Shown here one piece after another: positions 34,544 to 41,879 of a stretch of DNA of 44,476 bases (positions are counted from its first letter, which is position 1; the number at the start of each line of letters is the position of its first letter). The position numbers and the translations under genes are program-made. The notes below the pieces were generated by a model. The model saw only the letters and a program-made list of their open reading frames with translations. It made no database searches and had not been told where the DNA came from. Source of the DNA: a virus; the IMG/VR virus record IMGVR_UViG_3300025876_000039. One strand, given 5' to 3'.

Positions 34544-34613
34544 GCAACGGGGATAGTTTTGAATATCCGCCGTTGCGCCCTCGTGAGTATGTCCCTATTC
34601 ACGAGGGTTTTTT
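34544..34613. terminator. Double hairpin between the MTase and ParB-like genes (bidirectional terminator, or a small + strand RNA)
   Basis: GCAACGG/CCGTTGC (34544..34576) and CCCTCGTGA/TCACGAGGG (34578..34607) followed by TTTTTT on +. On the minus strand the 7-bp hairpin is followed by TTTT. Confidence 0.5.
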
Positions 34614-36192
34614 AATTTAACAAAAACCTTTCATCAATCTTTATTCTTGTTTGAGAATATTTTAAATATTCCTCTTCAGTAGCTCCCATCTCGTAAGCTT
34701 CGGATTTATCTTTTATCCAGCCCAATAGATTAGACACTTTAACATTGAAATGCTTAATAAACTCTTGATTGAATTTTATATGAATAGTCCCTTTTTTAAA
34801 TATTTTTATTGTTGCAAATAGCTTTATTTTCTCTTCTTGACTATCAGAACAATGTATTTCTCTAGCTTTGCCATATTCCCAAGATTTATGAGGCAAATCA
34901 ACAACATAACCAAGCGTTCTTGCTACTGTGCAGACATCGCTTAAAATGTTTTGTGTTTCATTTCCAGACATACTATAAGAATATCTAAACTCGCCGTCTT
35001 GCAAATGATTCTCGCCCCAAGATTCAAAAATAATTCGATTGTCAAGTATTACCATATCTATTTTTCTTTTGTTATTATATCTAAAATCATCATTAACCCA
35101 AGTTTTTTTATTTGATTTATAATTGATTATATTTTTTTCATCTGTGAATTGATAAAATAAATCTATTAGCTGCTCATCAATATATTTATTAGCATTTTTA
35201 ATAGCCCAAATGACAACCGCATAAATATTTGATTCGTTAAAATCTACTTTATTACTCAATTTTTTCCTAAACTCATCTCGATATTTTATACTTAATCGCT
35301 CATTGATCGGTCTAAATTTTGTAAATAATTCCTGCCAATATATTATTTTCAAATTCTCAATCCTCTTTTGCAAAGCCTCTTTTAAATTTTGTATTGATAC
35401 CCCTAGTTCATTTAATAACCCAGCATCTAATTTTGAGATATTACGATAATTTTCAAAAATACTATTAAGCTCAACATCATATAGATTGCATAGAGTTTTT
35501 ACCAAGCTGTCGCCTTGCACTACATCGCCTAAGCCCTTTTTTATTTTACCTTCTATCTCTTCCCGAATTTCTTTTTTTTCATCTTTTATATTAAAAGTTT
35601 TTTCAAAAAATAGACTAAATGCGTCTTTTTGTTTTGCTCCATAATATAAAGGCTTGCTAAAAATTACAAGATCAACATAAGCCCTTGCTTTCCTTTCAGC
35701 GTCCAAGAAATCATAATTTCCAATAATACGACTATCCCAGCCTCTTTTTTTAATTATATCTTGTATATGCTCATCACTTGACCATCTAGAAGGGATAACC
35801 ATGATTACATTCCTGCTGGTGGACTCTTCTAATATCTTTTTAGTCCATTCCTTAAATTGGCTGTATGGTGGGTTACAAAAAATATTGCCAACTTCTTTAT
35901 CAATTAGTGTTTGTTGGTAAAAATCCGTGCCAATAATTATAATCGATGGATCACAATTTTTTATTAAGATTTCTGATTTTTCAATGCCGAATTTTTGATC
36001 AAAACTATCTAATTTTTGCAAAGTCTGACCATTGCCGCAGCCAATATCTAAAATTGACCCCCCTAATTTAAGACTATTAATTTTATTTATAATTTCATCG
36101 GTTGTCGGATAGAATTCCCAGTCTTGATTGTTTTCTTTGAGATTGCTCAATAAGTCTTTCATATTTTTATTGTTTTTGTTGTTAAAAATCAC
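34612..36192 (-). CDS. SAM-dependent DNA amino-methyltransferase (NPPY type, N6-A or N4-C) with a long C-terminal domain
   Basis: FYPT, motif I ILDIGCGNG and motif IV FCNPPY (aa 105-110) in gamma-class order. About 400 further residues are of unknown function. Confidence 0.75.
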   Translation of the reverse strand: MIFNNKNNKNMKDLLSNLKENNQDWEFYPTTDEIINKINSLKLGGSILDIGCGNGQTLQKLDSFDQKFGIEKSEILIKNCDPSIIIIGTDFYQQTLIDKEVGNIFCNPPYSQFKEWTKKILEESTSRNVIMVIPSRWSSDEHIQDIIKKRGWDSRIIGNYDFLDAERKARAYVDLVIFSKPLYYGAKQKDAFSLFFEKTFNIKDEKKEIREEIEGKIKKGLGDVVQGDSLVKTLCNLYDVELNSIFENYRNISKLDAGLLNELGVSIQNLKEALQKRIENLKIIYWQELFTKFRPINERLSIKYRDEFRKKLSNKVDFNESNIYAVVIWAIKNANKYIDEQLIDLFYQFTDEKNIINYKSNKKTWVNDDFRYNNKRKIDMVILDNRIIFESWGENHLQDGEFRYSYSMSGNETQNILSDVCTVARTLGYVVDLPHKSWEYGKAREIHCSDSQEEKIKLFATIKIFKKGTIHIKFNQEFIKHFNVKVSNLLGWIKDKSEAYEMGATEEEYLKYSQTRIKIDERFLLN

Positions 36193-36213
36193 TTAATCAA
36201 TAAGCTTGTATTT

Positions 36214-36242
36214 ATAATAACATTAAGCTTTTATAATGTCAA
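36214..36242 (-). promoter_or_regulatory. sigma70-like promoter TTGACA-N17-TATTAT driving the late/packaging operon
   Basis: The minus strand reads TTGACATTATAAAAGCTTAATGTTATTAT. Its ends match the divergent + promoter. Confidence 0.5.
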
Positions 36243-36252
36243 CTAAAATAAT

Positions 36253-36359
36253 AAAAAAAGATTAAATAAACTTACTGCTATTATATATAGTGCTAAAAAC
36301 CCTTTAAAATCCTAGCTTTAAAATATTATTTAAAAAAAAGTTAAAAAAAGATTAAATAA
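36253..36359. repeat. 17-bp direct repeat AAAAAAAGATTAAATAA x2 (candidate operator boxes) in the divergent control region
   Basis: Exact copies at 36253..36269 and 36343..36359, between the two divergent promoters. Confidence 0.6.
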
Positions 36360-36363
36360 TTAG

Positions 36364-36392
36364 TTGACATTATAATTGATTAATATTATTAT
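36364..36392 (+). promoter_or_regulatory. sigma70-like promoter TTGACA-N17-TATTAT driving the right early operon
   Basis: TTGACATTATAATTGATTAATATTATTAT, about 40 nt upstream of the ATG at 36435. Confidence 0.55.
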
Positions 36393-36434
36393 TGAACTAC
36401 GCCACAAATTATTAATAATTTAAACAATAAAAAT

Positions 36435-36692
36435 ATGAAAAATTTTAAATTTGCAGGATTCGGACACGGCACCGATAAACAAGGAAGGGAAATTTTAAAA
36501 GACTATCCATTGCCAAGCGGTATTTATCAAGACACTAAAATTGATAAAAGAAAAAAAGGATCAGATTTTTTAATTATATCAATAGGATCAAAGCCTTGTA
36601 TTAGCTGGAAAAATGGCAAAAATGAGCAGTTAAAATCAAGAATTGCTTTAAAAAAATTACAAGAAAAATTTACTTGGGAAACTGATTTTTAA
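36435..36692 (+). CDS. Hypothetical early protein
   Basis: 85-aa ORF, first gene after the promoter. Confidence 0.7.
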   Translation: MKNFKFAGFGHGTDKQGREILKDYPLPSGIYQDTKIDKRKKGSDFLIISIGSKPCISWKNGKNEQLKSRIALKKLQEKFTWETDF

Positions 36693-36755
36693 AATTAATC
36701 AATAAACAACAAATAAACAAAAAAAACTTTTTTATCAACTCAAATTAAAAATAAA

Positions 36756-37070
36756 ATGAACAATTCAACAAAAAAATTTCTAATTTCAAATAGTTTTTAT
36801 GCTGCAAGTGAAATTCTATCAAAGGCTTCTGAAAGCAAAGAAAACCAAGCAGCAAGCAACGCCCTTTTCGGCTTATCAATAGCCGCAAAAATAGGCATGA
36901 ATATCTTTATCGTCAAAGGAGTTTTTGACAAATTAAACGAGAACAACCAAGCACAAACGCAAGCCCAAGCAACTCAAGAATTACAAGAAATAGTTATTGA
37001 GTCACCATCTTCTTTGCCAAGCCAAGCAAGCTCTGCCAGCTTAGTTAGTCTACAAAATACAAGGGCATAA
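36756..37070 (+). CDS. Hypothetical early protein (hydrophobic core, Q/A/S-rich tail)
   Basis: 104-aa ORF. Contains NALFGLSIAAKIGMNIFIV followed by QAQTQAQATQ. Confidence 0.65.
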   Translation: MNNSTKKFLISNSFYAASEILSKASESKENQAASNALFGLSIAAKIGMNIFIVKGVFDKLNENNQAQTQAQATQELQEIVIESPSSLPSQASSASLVSLQNTRA

Positions 37071-37091
37071 TATCAATTAAAATATAAAAAA

Positions 37092-37340
37092 ATGAAAAAT
37101 TACAAAAAGGAAATAAATCAAGCGATAAAAGAAATCAAAGAGCAATTTAAAGATCCTTTAATTATTGACGAATGGGGAGGTAAATTTGAAGATGTTTATA
37201 ATATAATTATGAGCAACTGCCCAAGTGATTTAAATAAATCTTTGCAATCAATTAATAATGAAATCTTAGAAATAGAGCGTACTAAGTTTTTTATGGCTTG
37301 CGTAAAAAAATTAAGCGATCATATCAAGATAAATTTATAA
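37092..37340 (+). CDS. Hypothetical early protein
   Basis: 82-aa ORF. Confidence 0.65.
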   Translation: MKNYKKEINQAIKEIKEQFKDPLIIDEWGGKFEDVYNIIMSNCPSDLNKSLQSINNEILEIERTKFFMACVKKLSDHIKINL

Positions 37341-37343
37341 GAA

Positions 37344-37484
37344 ATGAAATACCTAATATTATTTATTGTATTGCTGCTACTATCTTTTGCACTTGATGCA
37401 ATTAATAGCTCCTTACTAGAATTTTGGGCGGTAACAATTTTTATTATAGTATTATTTGCAATTTTAAAAATAGTAGAAAAATGA
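37344..37484 (+). CDS. 46-aa two-helix membrane peptide (not in the ORF track)
   Basis: MKYLILFIVLLLLSFALDAINSSLLEFWAVTIFIIVLFAILKIVEK. Its stop overlaps the next ATG (ATGA). Confidence 0.45.
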   Translation: MKYLILFIVLLLLSFALDAINSSLLEFWAVTIFIIVLFAILKIVEK

Positions 37485-37663
37485 AAAATAAGGGAAAATT
37501 AAAAGACATAGAATCTTTAATAAATATTCAAAAAGAATACTTAGAAAATCTATTAAATCAGTCTGATGATTATAGGTTACAAAATCCTAATAAGTCAGGA
37601 TTTATTAGGGTATCTTTAGAAATTAACAAACAAATAAACAGAATAAAAAATGAAATTAATTAA
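37481..37663 (+). CDS. Hypothetical early protein (ATG-trimmed version of track ORF 37424..37663)
   Basis: MKNKGKLKDIESL... The ATG at 37481 is coupled to the preceding small ORF. The upstream extension in the track has no ATG. Confidence 0.55.
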   Translation: MKNKGKLKDIESLINIQKEYLENLLNQSDDYRLQNPNKSGFIRVSLEINKQINRIKNEIN

Positions 37664-37773
37664 TGCAATGAGGAACCTTACTAACCGCTTTTTAAAAGCT
37701 AAAAGGGATATAATTTTTAACTATAAATCTAATAAAAGATTTAAGCAAATAACACTTTGGGAAGTTTTGACTG

Positions 37774-38310
37774 ATGAAAAATAAAAAACTAAAGGAATTT
37801 TTAAATAAAACACTAAAGGAATTTTTAAATAAAAATAAAACCTGTAGAGATGGTTATTTATTCGCTAGCAACTTAACTTTGGAAGAATTTTTAAATAAGT
37901 GCCAGCGTGGCGACTGGATTTTGTGGTTATTTGCTAAAATGAATCCGAGATCAATTAAGGAGCTAACACTAGCAAAAGGTCATTGTGCTAATACAGTAAG
38001 ACACTTGATGACTGATGATGAAAGCTTAAAAGCTGTTGATACTGCTATAGCTTTTGGGGAAGGTAGAGCTACAAGGCAAGAGTTAGAAGAGGCTGCTAAT
38101 GATGCTCAGGCTATTAATTCTTATACTGCTCGTTGTGCTGATGAGGCTGCTCATGCTGCTGCTTCTTGGGCTGATGGTCCTGATTATGCTGCTTCTTGGG
38201 CTGCTGAGGCTTATACTGATAATGATGCGGAAAAAGAAAATCAAAAACAAACTGCTGATATTTGCAGGAAATACCTTCCCATTGAGATATGGGATCAATC
38301 TAAATTATAA
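37774..38310 (+). CDS. Hypothetical protein with an Ala/Trp-rich helical repeat region
   Basis: 178 aa. N-terminal duplication LKEFLNKTLKEFLNK. AAHAAASWADGPDYAASWAAEAY is encoded by a GCT-rich segment containing a 16-bp direct repeat (38158..38173 and 38188..38203). Confidence 0.7.
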   Translation: MKNKKLKEFLNKTLKEFLNKNKTCRDGYLFASNLTLEEFLNKCQRGDWILWLFAKMNPRSIKELTLAKGHCANTVRHLMTDDESLKAVDTAIAFGEGRATRQELEEAANDAQAINSYTARCADEAAHAAASWADGPDYAASWAAEAYTDNDAEKENQKQTADICRKYLPIEIWDQSKL

Positions 38311-38403
38311 TTAACTATGGCAACTGCAAGCTTTATTTTTCTTGGAACCATGCTAACTTTAGCAGTAATTTCAACAATATTTTAATTAAAATTAATAAAA
38401 AAC

Positions 38404-39273
38404 ATGAAAAAACAAATAAATATAGATAATATCCTATCTAAAATATGCGTGTCTAAGCCTTATTTTGCATTTAAAGAGCTTTATCTTGACAAAAAAAACA
38501 TAATGACTGGTATTGTTAAAAAAGAGCAGCCTTGTTTGACGCAATCAACAGGTATGAGCTTTGCGGAAATGTCAAGACATTTAGCAATATTGGGTAGTTG
38601 TGCACTTGCTTTAAATGAACCATCAAAAAAATATTATTTGGTAGACAATGCAAAATTAGTAAGCTCCGCAGGAAATTATTTATTGAGAGGTGTAAAATAC
38701 TCCAAATCTTGTAAAATGAAAGCTGTAGTTAAAAAAATTGATAAAAACAGTGCAATTGCAGAAGCTTATATTTTAAATGCTAATGACAATATATTGTATT
38801 CAATGGTAATAAATTATATTGTGTTTAAAGAAAAAAGCTTCCCGAGAATCTTTAAAGATTATAAAGAGGTTTTTCAAAAGCCTTTTTTTAATCCATATAG
38901 AAATCATAGAACATTTAAAAATATTAATATTAGCGGAAATATTTTAATTGCTGATATGCCATTTTTTAAAGCTAAAGATTGCGCAGGTCATTTTGACGAC
39001 TTCCCGATGATGCCAGTTGGTAATACACTTTATATTACATTTAATACTATTGAAAAATTATTATTAACACATGGAGTTAAAAAATATTTTTTAAAAGAAG
39101 GATCTTTAAACGCAAAAAAACCTATTCGATATAATCACAACACCTTTTTAAAAGCTTCTATAAAAAAAGAAGAACATGATGTTTTTATTTTGAATTGGCA
39201 GATGTTTGATAAAAATAATAACGAAGGTTTGAATATTGGCAAAGCTACTATTGTAGCAGTTAATGAATTATAA
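38404..39273 (+). CDS. Possible double-hotdog-fold protein with a FabZ/FabA-like dehydratase motif (tentative)
   Basis: 289 aa. AKDCAGHFDDFPMMPVGNTLYITFNTIEKLL (His196) resembles FabZ/FabA f.GHFp..PvmPGv...Ea. The N-terminal half (AEMSRHLAILGSCALAL...) could be a second, non-catalytic hotdog. Confidence 0.4.
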   Translation: MKKQINIDNILSKICVSKPYFAFKELYLDKKNIMTGIVKKEQPCLTQSTGMSFAEMSRHLAILGSCALALNEPSKKYYLVDNAKLVSSAGNYLLRGVKYSKSCKMKAVVKKIDKNSAIAEAYILNANDNILYSMVINYIVFKEKSFPRIFKDYKEVFQKPFFNPYRNHRTFKNINISGNILIADMPFFKAKDCAGHFDDFPMMPVGNTLYITFNTIEKLLLTHGVKKYFLKEGSLNAKKPIRYNHNTFLKASIKKEEHDVFILNWQMFDKNNNEGLNIGKATIVAVNEL

Positions 39274-39282
39274 TGATTAAAT

Positions 39283-39483
39283 ATGAATAAAATAGTTTAT
39301 GCTAAAAAATGCAATCATAGCAATCGCTATTTTAGAGAGGTTTTGATAAAAAATCAATTAAATGATAATATTATCCTAGATTATCAATGTCAGAAATGCA
39401 GGCTTGATGAGCTTAAAAAACAATATGAATATAAAAAACGGCAAGAAATTTTTAATGAATTAAATAAAATATATGAACAATAA
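39283..39483 (+). CDS. Small Cys-pair (zinc-ribbon-like) protein
   Basis: 66 aa with KKCNHS...YQCQKC. Confidence 0.6.
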   Translation: MNKIVYAKKCNHSNRYFREVLIKNQLNDNIILDYQCQKCRLDELKKQYEYKKRQEIFNELNKIYEQ

Positions 39484-39664
39484 ATTTAAAGAATGTGCAA
39501 AGGATTTAATAGATATAGTCAAAAATAGCAAAAATTATGGCTATCAATTAATCGATACAATGTATTCTACACTTGATAAATATTATCAAGATTTAGACAT
39601 AAATCAAGAAACTGATATTATGATAGAATTATGTGATGAATTAACGAGAGAGGGGCTTTTGTAA
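39473..39664 (+). CDS. Hypothetical protein
   Basis: 63-aa ORF with an overlapping start. Confidence 0.6.
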   Translation: MNNKFKECAKDLIDIVKNSKNYGYQLIDTMYSTLDKYYQDLDINQETDIMIELCDELTREGLL

Positions 39665-40135
39665 ATGGAAAATATGAATAAGCCAAAAAATCTTGGCAAT
39701 AAATGTGTAACTTGTCGCAAATATTATGGATATGAGCTTGATTCTAATCTTGAGTGTATTTCGTGCAAATCAGTATATGATAGCAAGATGAAATATAGCA
39801 ATACTCACTATGAATTAAATAAAAAAAAGATGCCCGAACTTAGACATCTTTTAGACTACTTGAAAGAATTTGGTATTCATAAAACCGCTGAAAGATTTAA
39901 TACAACCAATTATAGCTTGAGAAGCTATTTAAATGAATTTGGGATCAATTTGCAAGACTATTCAAAAAAACCTAGATCGAATTTTAAAGAAATTCTTGAC
40001 AAAATAAGCGACGATAAATTGAAATGGGAATTTAAGGCGATAGGGATAACTAAAATGCGTACAAAATATGGTGGCGATGTGTATAGATTAAAAGAATATA
40101 TTTACAACCGAATTGGCAAACCGAATGAAAATTAA
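39665..40135 (+). CDS. Zinc-ribbon + HTH-module DNA-binding protein
   Basis: CVTCRK...CISCKS, followed by LKEFGIHKTAERFNTTNYSLRSYLNEFGI, a module also found in the next two genes. Confidence 0.6.
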   Translation: MENMNKPKNLGNKCVTCRKYYGYELDSNLECISCKSVYDSKMKYSNTHYELNKKKMPELRHLLDYLKEFGIHKTAERFNTTNYSLRSYLNEFGINLQDYSKKPRSNFKEILDKISDDKLKWEFKAIGITKMRTKYGGDVYRLKEYIYNRIGKPNEN

Positions 40136-40628
40136 GAATAAAGAAATAGATCAATATCTATTTAAAAAAATAGTTAATGATAAAACTTTGACTAGAAGCC
40201 AGCAAGCCCACTTATTGGGAGTCTCGAGGCAATATCTAGGTATCTTGATTGATAAACTTAATTTATCAAAGAGGATAGACACTACTAAAAAGTCTATAAA
40301 TAAATCTAGAGATGAGCTGCAGAGCGATTATAATAATTTTGGGTTATGTGAGCAGGCAAAAGCTTATAAAATATGCGTGGCGACTCTATATAAATTTTTA
40401 AAGCAAAACAATATACCACTTAAAAGAGAAAAAGCTGTCAAAAATAAGTTAGAATTTGAAAAAGTAGTAAGTGATGAGAATTTGACACGCAAAAAGCAGG
40501 CAGATATTTTGAATATATCGATTTCAACGCTTCATAAATACATTAAAGAATTTGGAATATCGGGCAGGTATAACAAGATGAAACAAGACAGGCTAGAATT
40601 TGAGCAAGCTAAGGTTTATAAATATTGA
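40113..40628 (+). CDS. Triple HTH-module DNA-binding protein
   Basis: Three modules: LTRSQQAHLLGVSRQYLGILIDKLNLS, EQAKAYKICVATLYKFLKQNNIP and LTRKKQADILNISISTLHKYIKEFGIS. Confidence 0.6.
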   Translation: MANRMKIKNKEIDQYLFKKIVNDKTLTRSQQAHLLGVSRQYLGILIDKLNLSKRIDTTKKSINKSRDELQSDYNNFGLCEQAKAYKICVATLYKFLKQNNIPLKREKAVKNKLEFEKVVSDENLTRKKQADILNISISTLHKYIKEFGISGRYNKMKQDRLEFEQAKVYKY

Positions 40629-40660
40629 TAAATTAAATCAAATATTATAAAATTGCTATG

Positions 40661-40773
40661 AGGTCGGCAAGCGTCAATGTTAAGCATTTTATGCAAATCA
40701 TGGGGTCAGAAGTGATACCAGCCGTTACGGCGGAAACTTGAGTTGAGGGTCGATCTCTTTTTTATGCAAATCA
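40661..40773 (+). ncRNA. Structured intergenic element B (related to element A at 4582..4732)
   Basis: Blocks collinear with element A: GTCGGCA (40663..40669), TAAGCA, TTATGCAAAT, AAGTGA, GGGTCGATC. GC hairpin GCCG-TTA-CGGC. 14-bp direct repeat TTTTATGCAAATCA at 40687..40700 and 40760..40773. Confidence 0.35.
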
Positions 40774-40812
40774 AGTAAAAATCAAATCATTAAATTTTTT
40801 ATTAAATAATTA

Positions 40813-40841
40813 TTGACAATAATTCATTGCGTCTGATAATT
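40813..40841 (+). promoter_or_regulatory. sigma70-like promoter TTGACA-N16/17-(G)ATAAT
   Basis: TTGACA at 40813..40818 and GATAAT at 40835..40840. Confidence 0.45.
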
Positions 40842-40874
40842 ATCATTATTATTAATATTATTATTTTAATTATT

Positions 40875-41051
40875 ATGAAATTAACAAAGGAAGAATTACA
40901 AAAAATATATTGGGAAAATAGCAACAAAAAAGCTTGTAAAATACTCGGAGTTACTAACTCAACATTAACAAAATATTTGAGAGAGTTTAATATAGCTTTG
41001 AAGGGCTCGGGTAACAGAAACAAAAGGGGCAAGCTTACTATTGAACAATAA
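40875..41051 (+). CDS. Single HTH-module protein (ATG-trimmed version of track ORF 40827..41051)
   Basis: MKLTKEELQKIYWENSNKKACKILGVTNSTLTKYLREFNIA... is the same module family as the two upstream genes. Confidence 0.6.
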   Translation: MKLTKEELQKIYWENSNKKACKILGVTNSTLTKYLREFNIALKGSGNRNKRGKLTIEQ

Positions 41052-41118
41052 CCTATTAGGTTTTTTAGGATATTAATTGGTTTACAAAAAAAACCTATTC
41101 GATCCTATCAAAAGCCTT

Positions 41119-41202
41119 ATAAGATATTAGTTATTAGATATTAGATATTAGATATAAGATATTAGTTATTAGATATTAGATATAAGATATTAGTTATTAG
41201 TT
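41119..41202. repeat. 12 x 7-bp tandem heptamer array (ATTAGAT / ATTAGTT / ATAAGAT); candidate iterons or origin
   Basis: Heptads are in register from 41119 to 41202, with 35/28/21-bp superunits each starting ATAAGAT-ATTAGTT. The array ends 2 nt before the ATG at 41205. Confidence 0.9.
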
Positions 41203-41204
41203 AA

Positions 41205-41879
41205 ATGGAAGAAGATATTAAAAATGAAATTATTAGCAAAGCGGGCTTCCCTCTTTATGTTGATTATTGGGATAAATATTTATCAAAGCTTACTGGCGAT
41301 AAAGTCAAAGAAGTTTTTAAAATAGTATTTCATTTTAACAAAACTTATGAAGTCTTGGCAAGCAATGATTTAGCTGTTGATATGGTTGTAACAACAATTA
41401 TTGATAATATTAAAAGAGATGCAGTAAAAAGGATAAAGCAGTCAAAGGCTAGTAGGAAAAATGGTAAATTAGGCGGCAGACCATCAAATGACAAAATAGC
41501 AAAATCAAGAATTAAAAAAAATACAAATGTAGCTACAAATGATAATACAATCGTAACTACAAATGTAAATCAAGAGCTTGCAGATGGATTAAAATTTATC
41601 TTAGAAGAAAAGCTAAAAAGGAAAATTAAAGCTACTAACTGGAAAGAAGATATTAGGAAGCTTATTGAAAATGATTTAAAGCCGAGATCAAATGCTATAG
41701 ATGATGTAAAAAAAGCAATTCAAGCAGTATCAGATCATTATGGCAAGGAATACTTCCCTGTTATTCAGAGTGCTGGTAGCCTTAAGTATAAATTTTCATC
41801 AATAGAAAATTATTTAGCTAGGAATAGTAAAAAGGATTTATCTTATTTTGATTTAAAAAATATTAATTTAGAGGAATAA
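41205..41879 (+). CDS. Putative replication organiser / DNA-binding protein (tentative)
   Basis: 224 aa. KASRKNGKLGGRPSN resembles the GGRP motif of phage replisome-organiser-like (DUF4373/DUF6291-type) proteins. Preceded by the repeat array. Confidence 0.4.
   Translation: MEEDIKNEIISKAGFPLYVDYWDKYLSKLTGDKVKEVFKIVFHFNKTYEVLASNDLAVDMVVTTIIDNIKRDAVKRIKQSKASRKNGKLGGRPSNDKIAKSRIKKNTNVATNDNTIVTTNVNQELADGLKFILEEKLKRKIKATNWKEDIRKLIENDLKPRSNAIDDVKKAIQAVSDHYGKEYFPVIQSAGSLKYKFSSIENYLARNSKKDLSYFDLKNINLEE

Noticed and set aside
38083-38314. ORFs 38083..38298 (-) and 38099..38314 (+), and a locally GC-richer GCT-repeat patch that might be a foreign insert
   Set aside because: The patch encodes the Ala/Trp-rich repeat (AASWA...) of 37774..38310 using GCT codons. 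This keeps other frames open by chance. The 16-bp direct repeat is explained by the duplicated AASWA peptide.
40802-41032. Minus-strand ORF 40802..41032 and the N-terminal extension 40827..40874 of the + ORF
   Set aside because: Both translate the AT-rich promoter region into Ile/Leu runs (IIIIINIIILII). The ATG at 40875 gives a clean HTH protein that is homologous to its neighbours.
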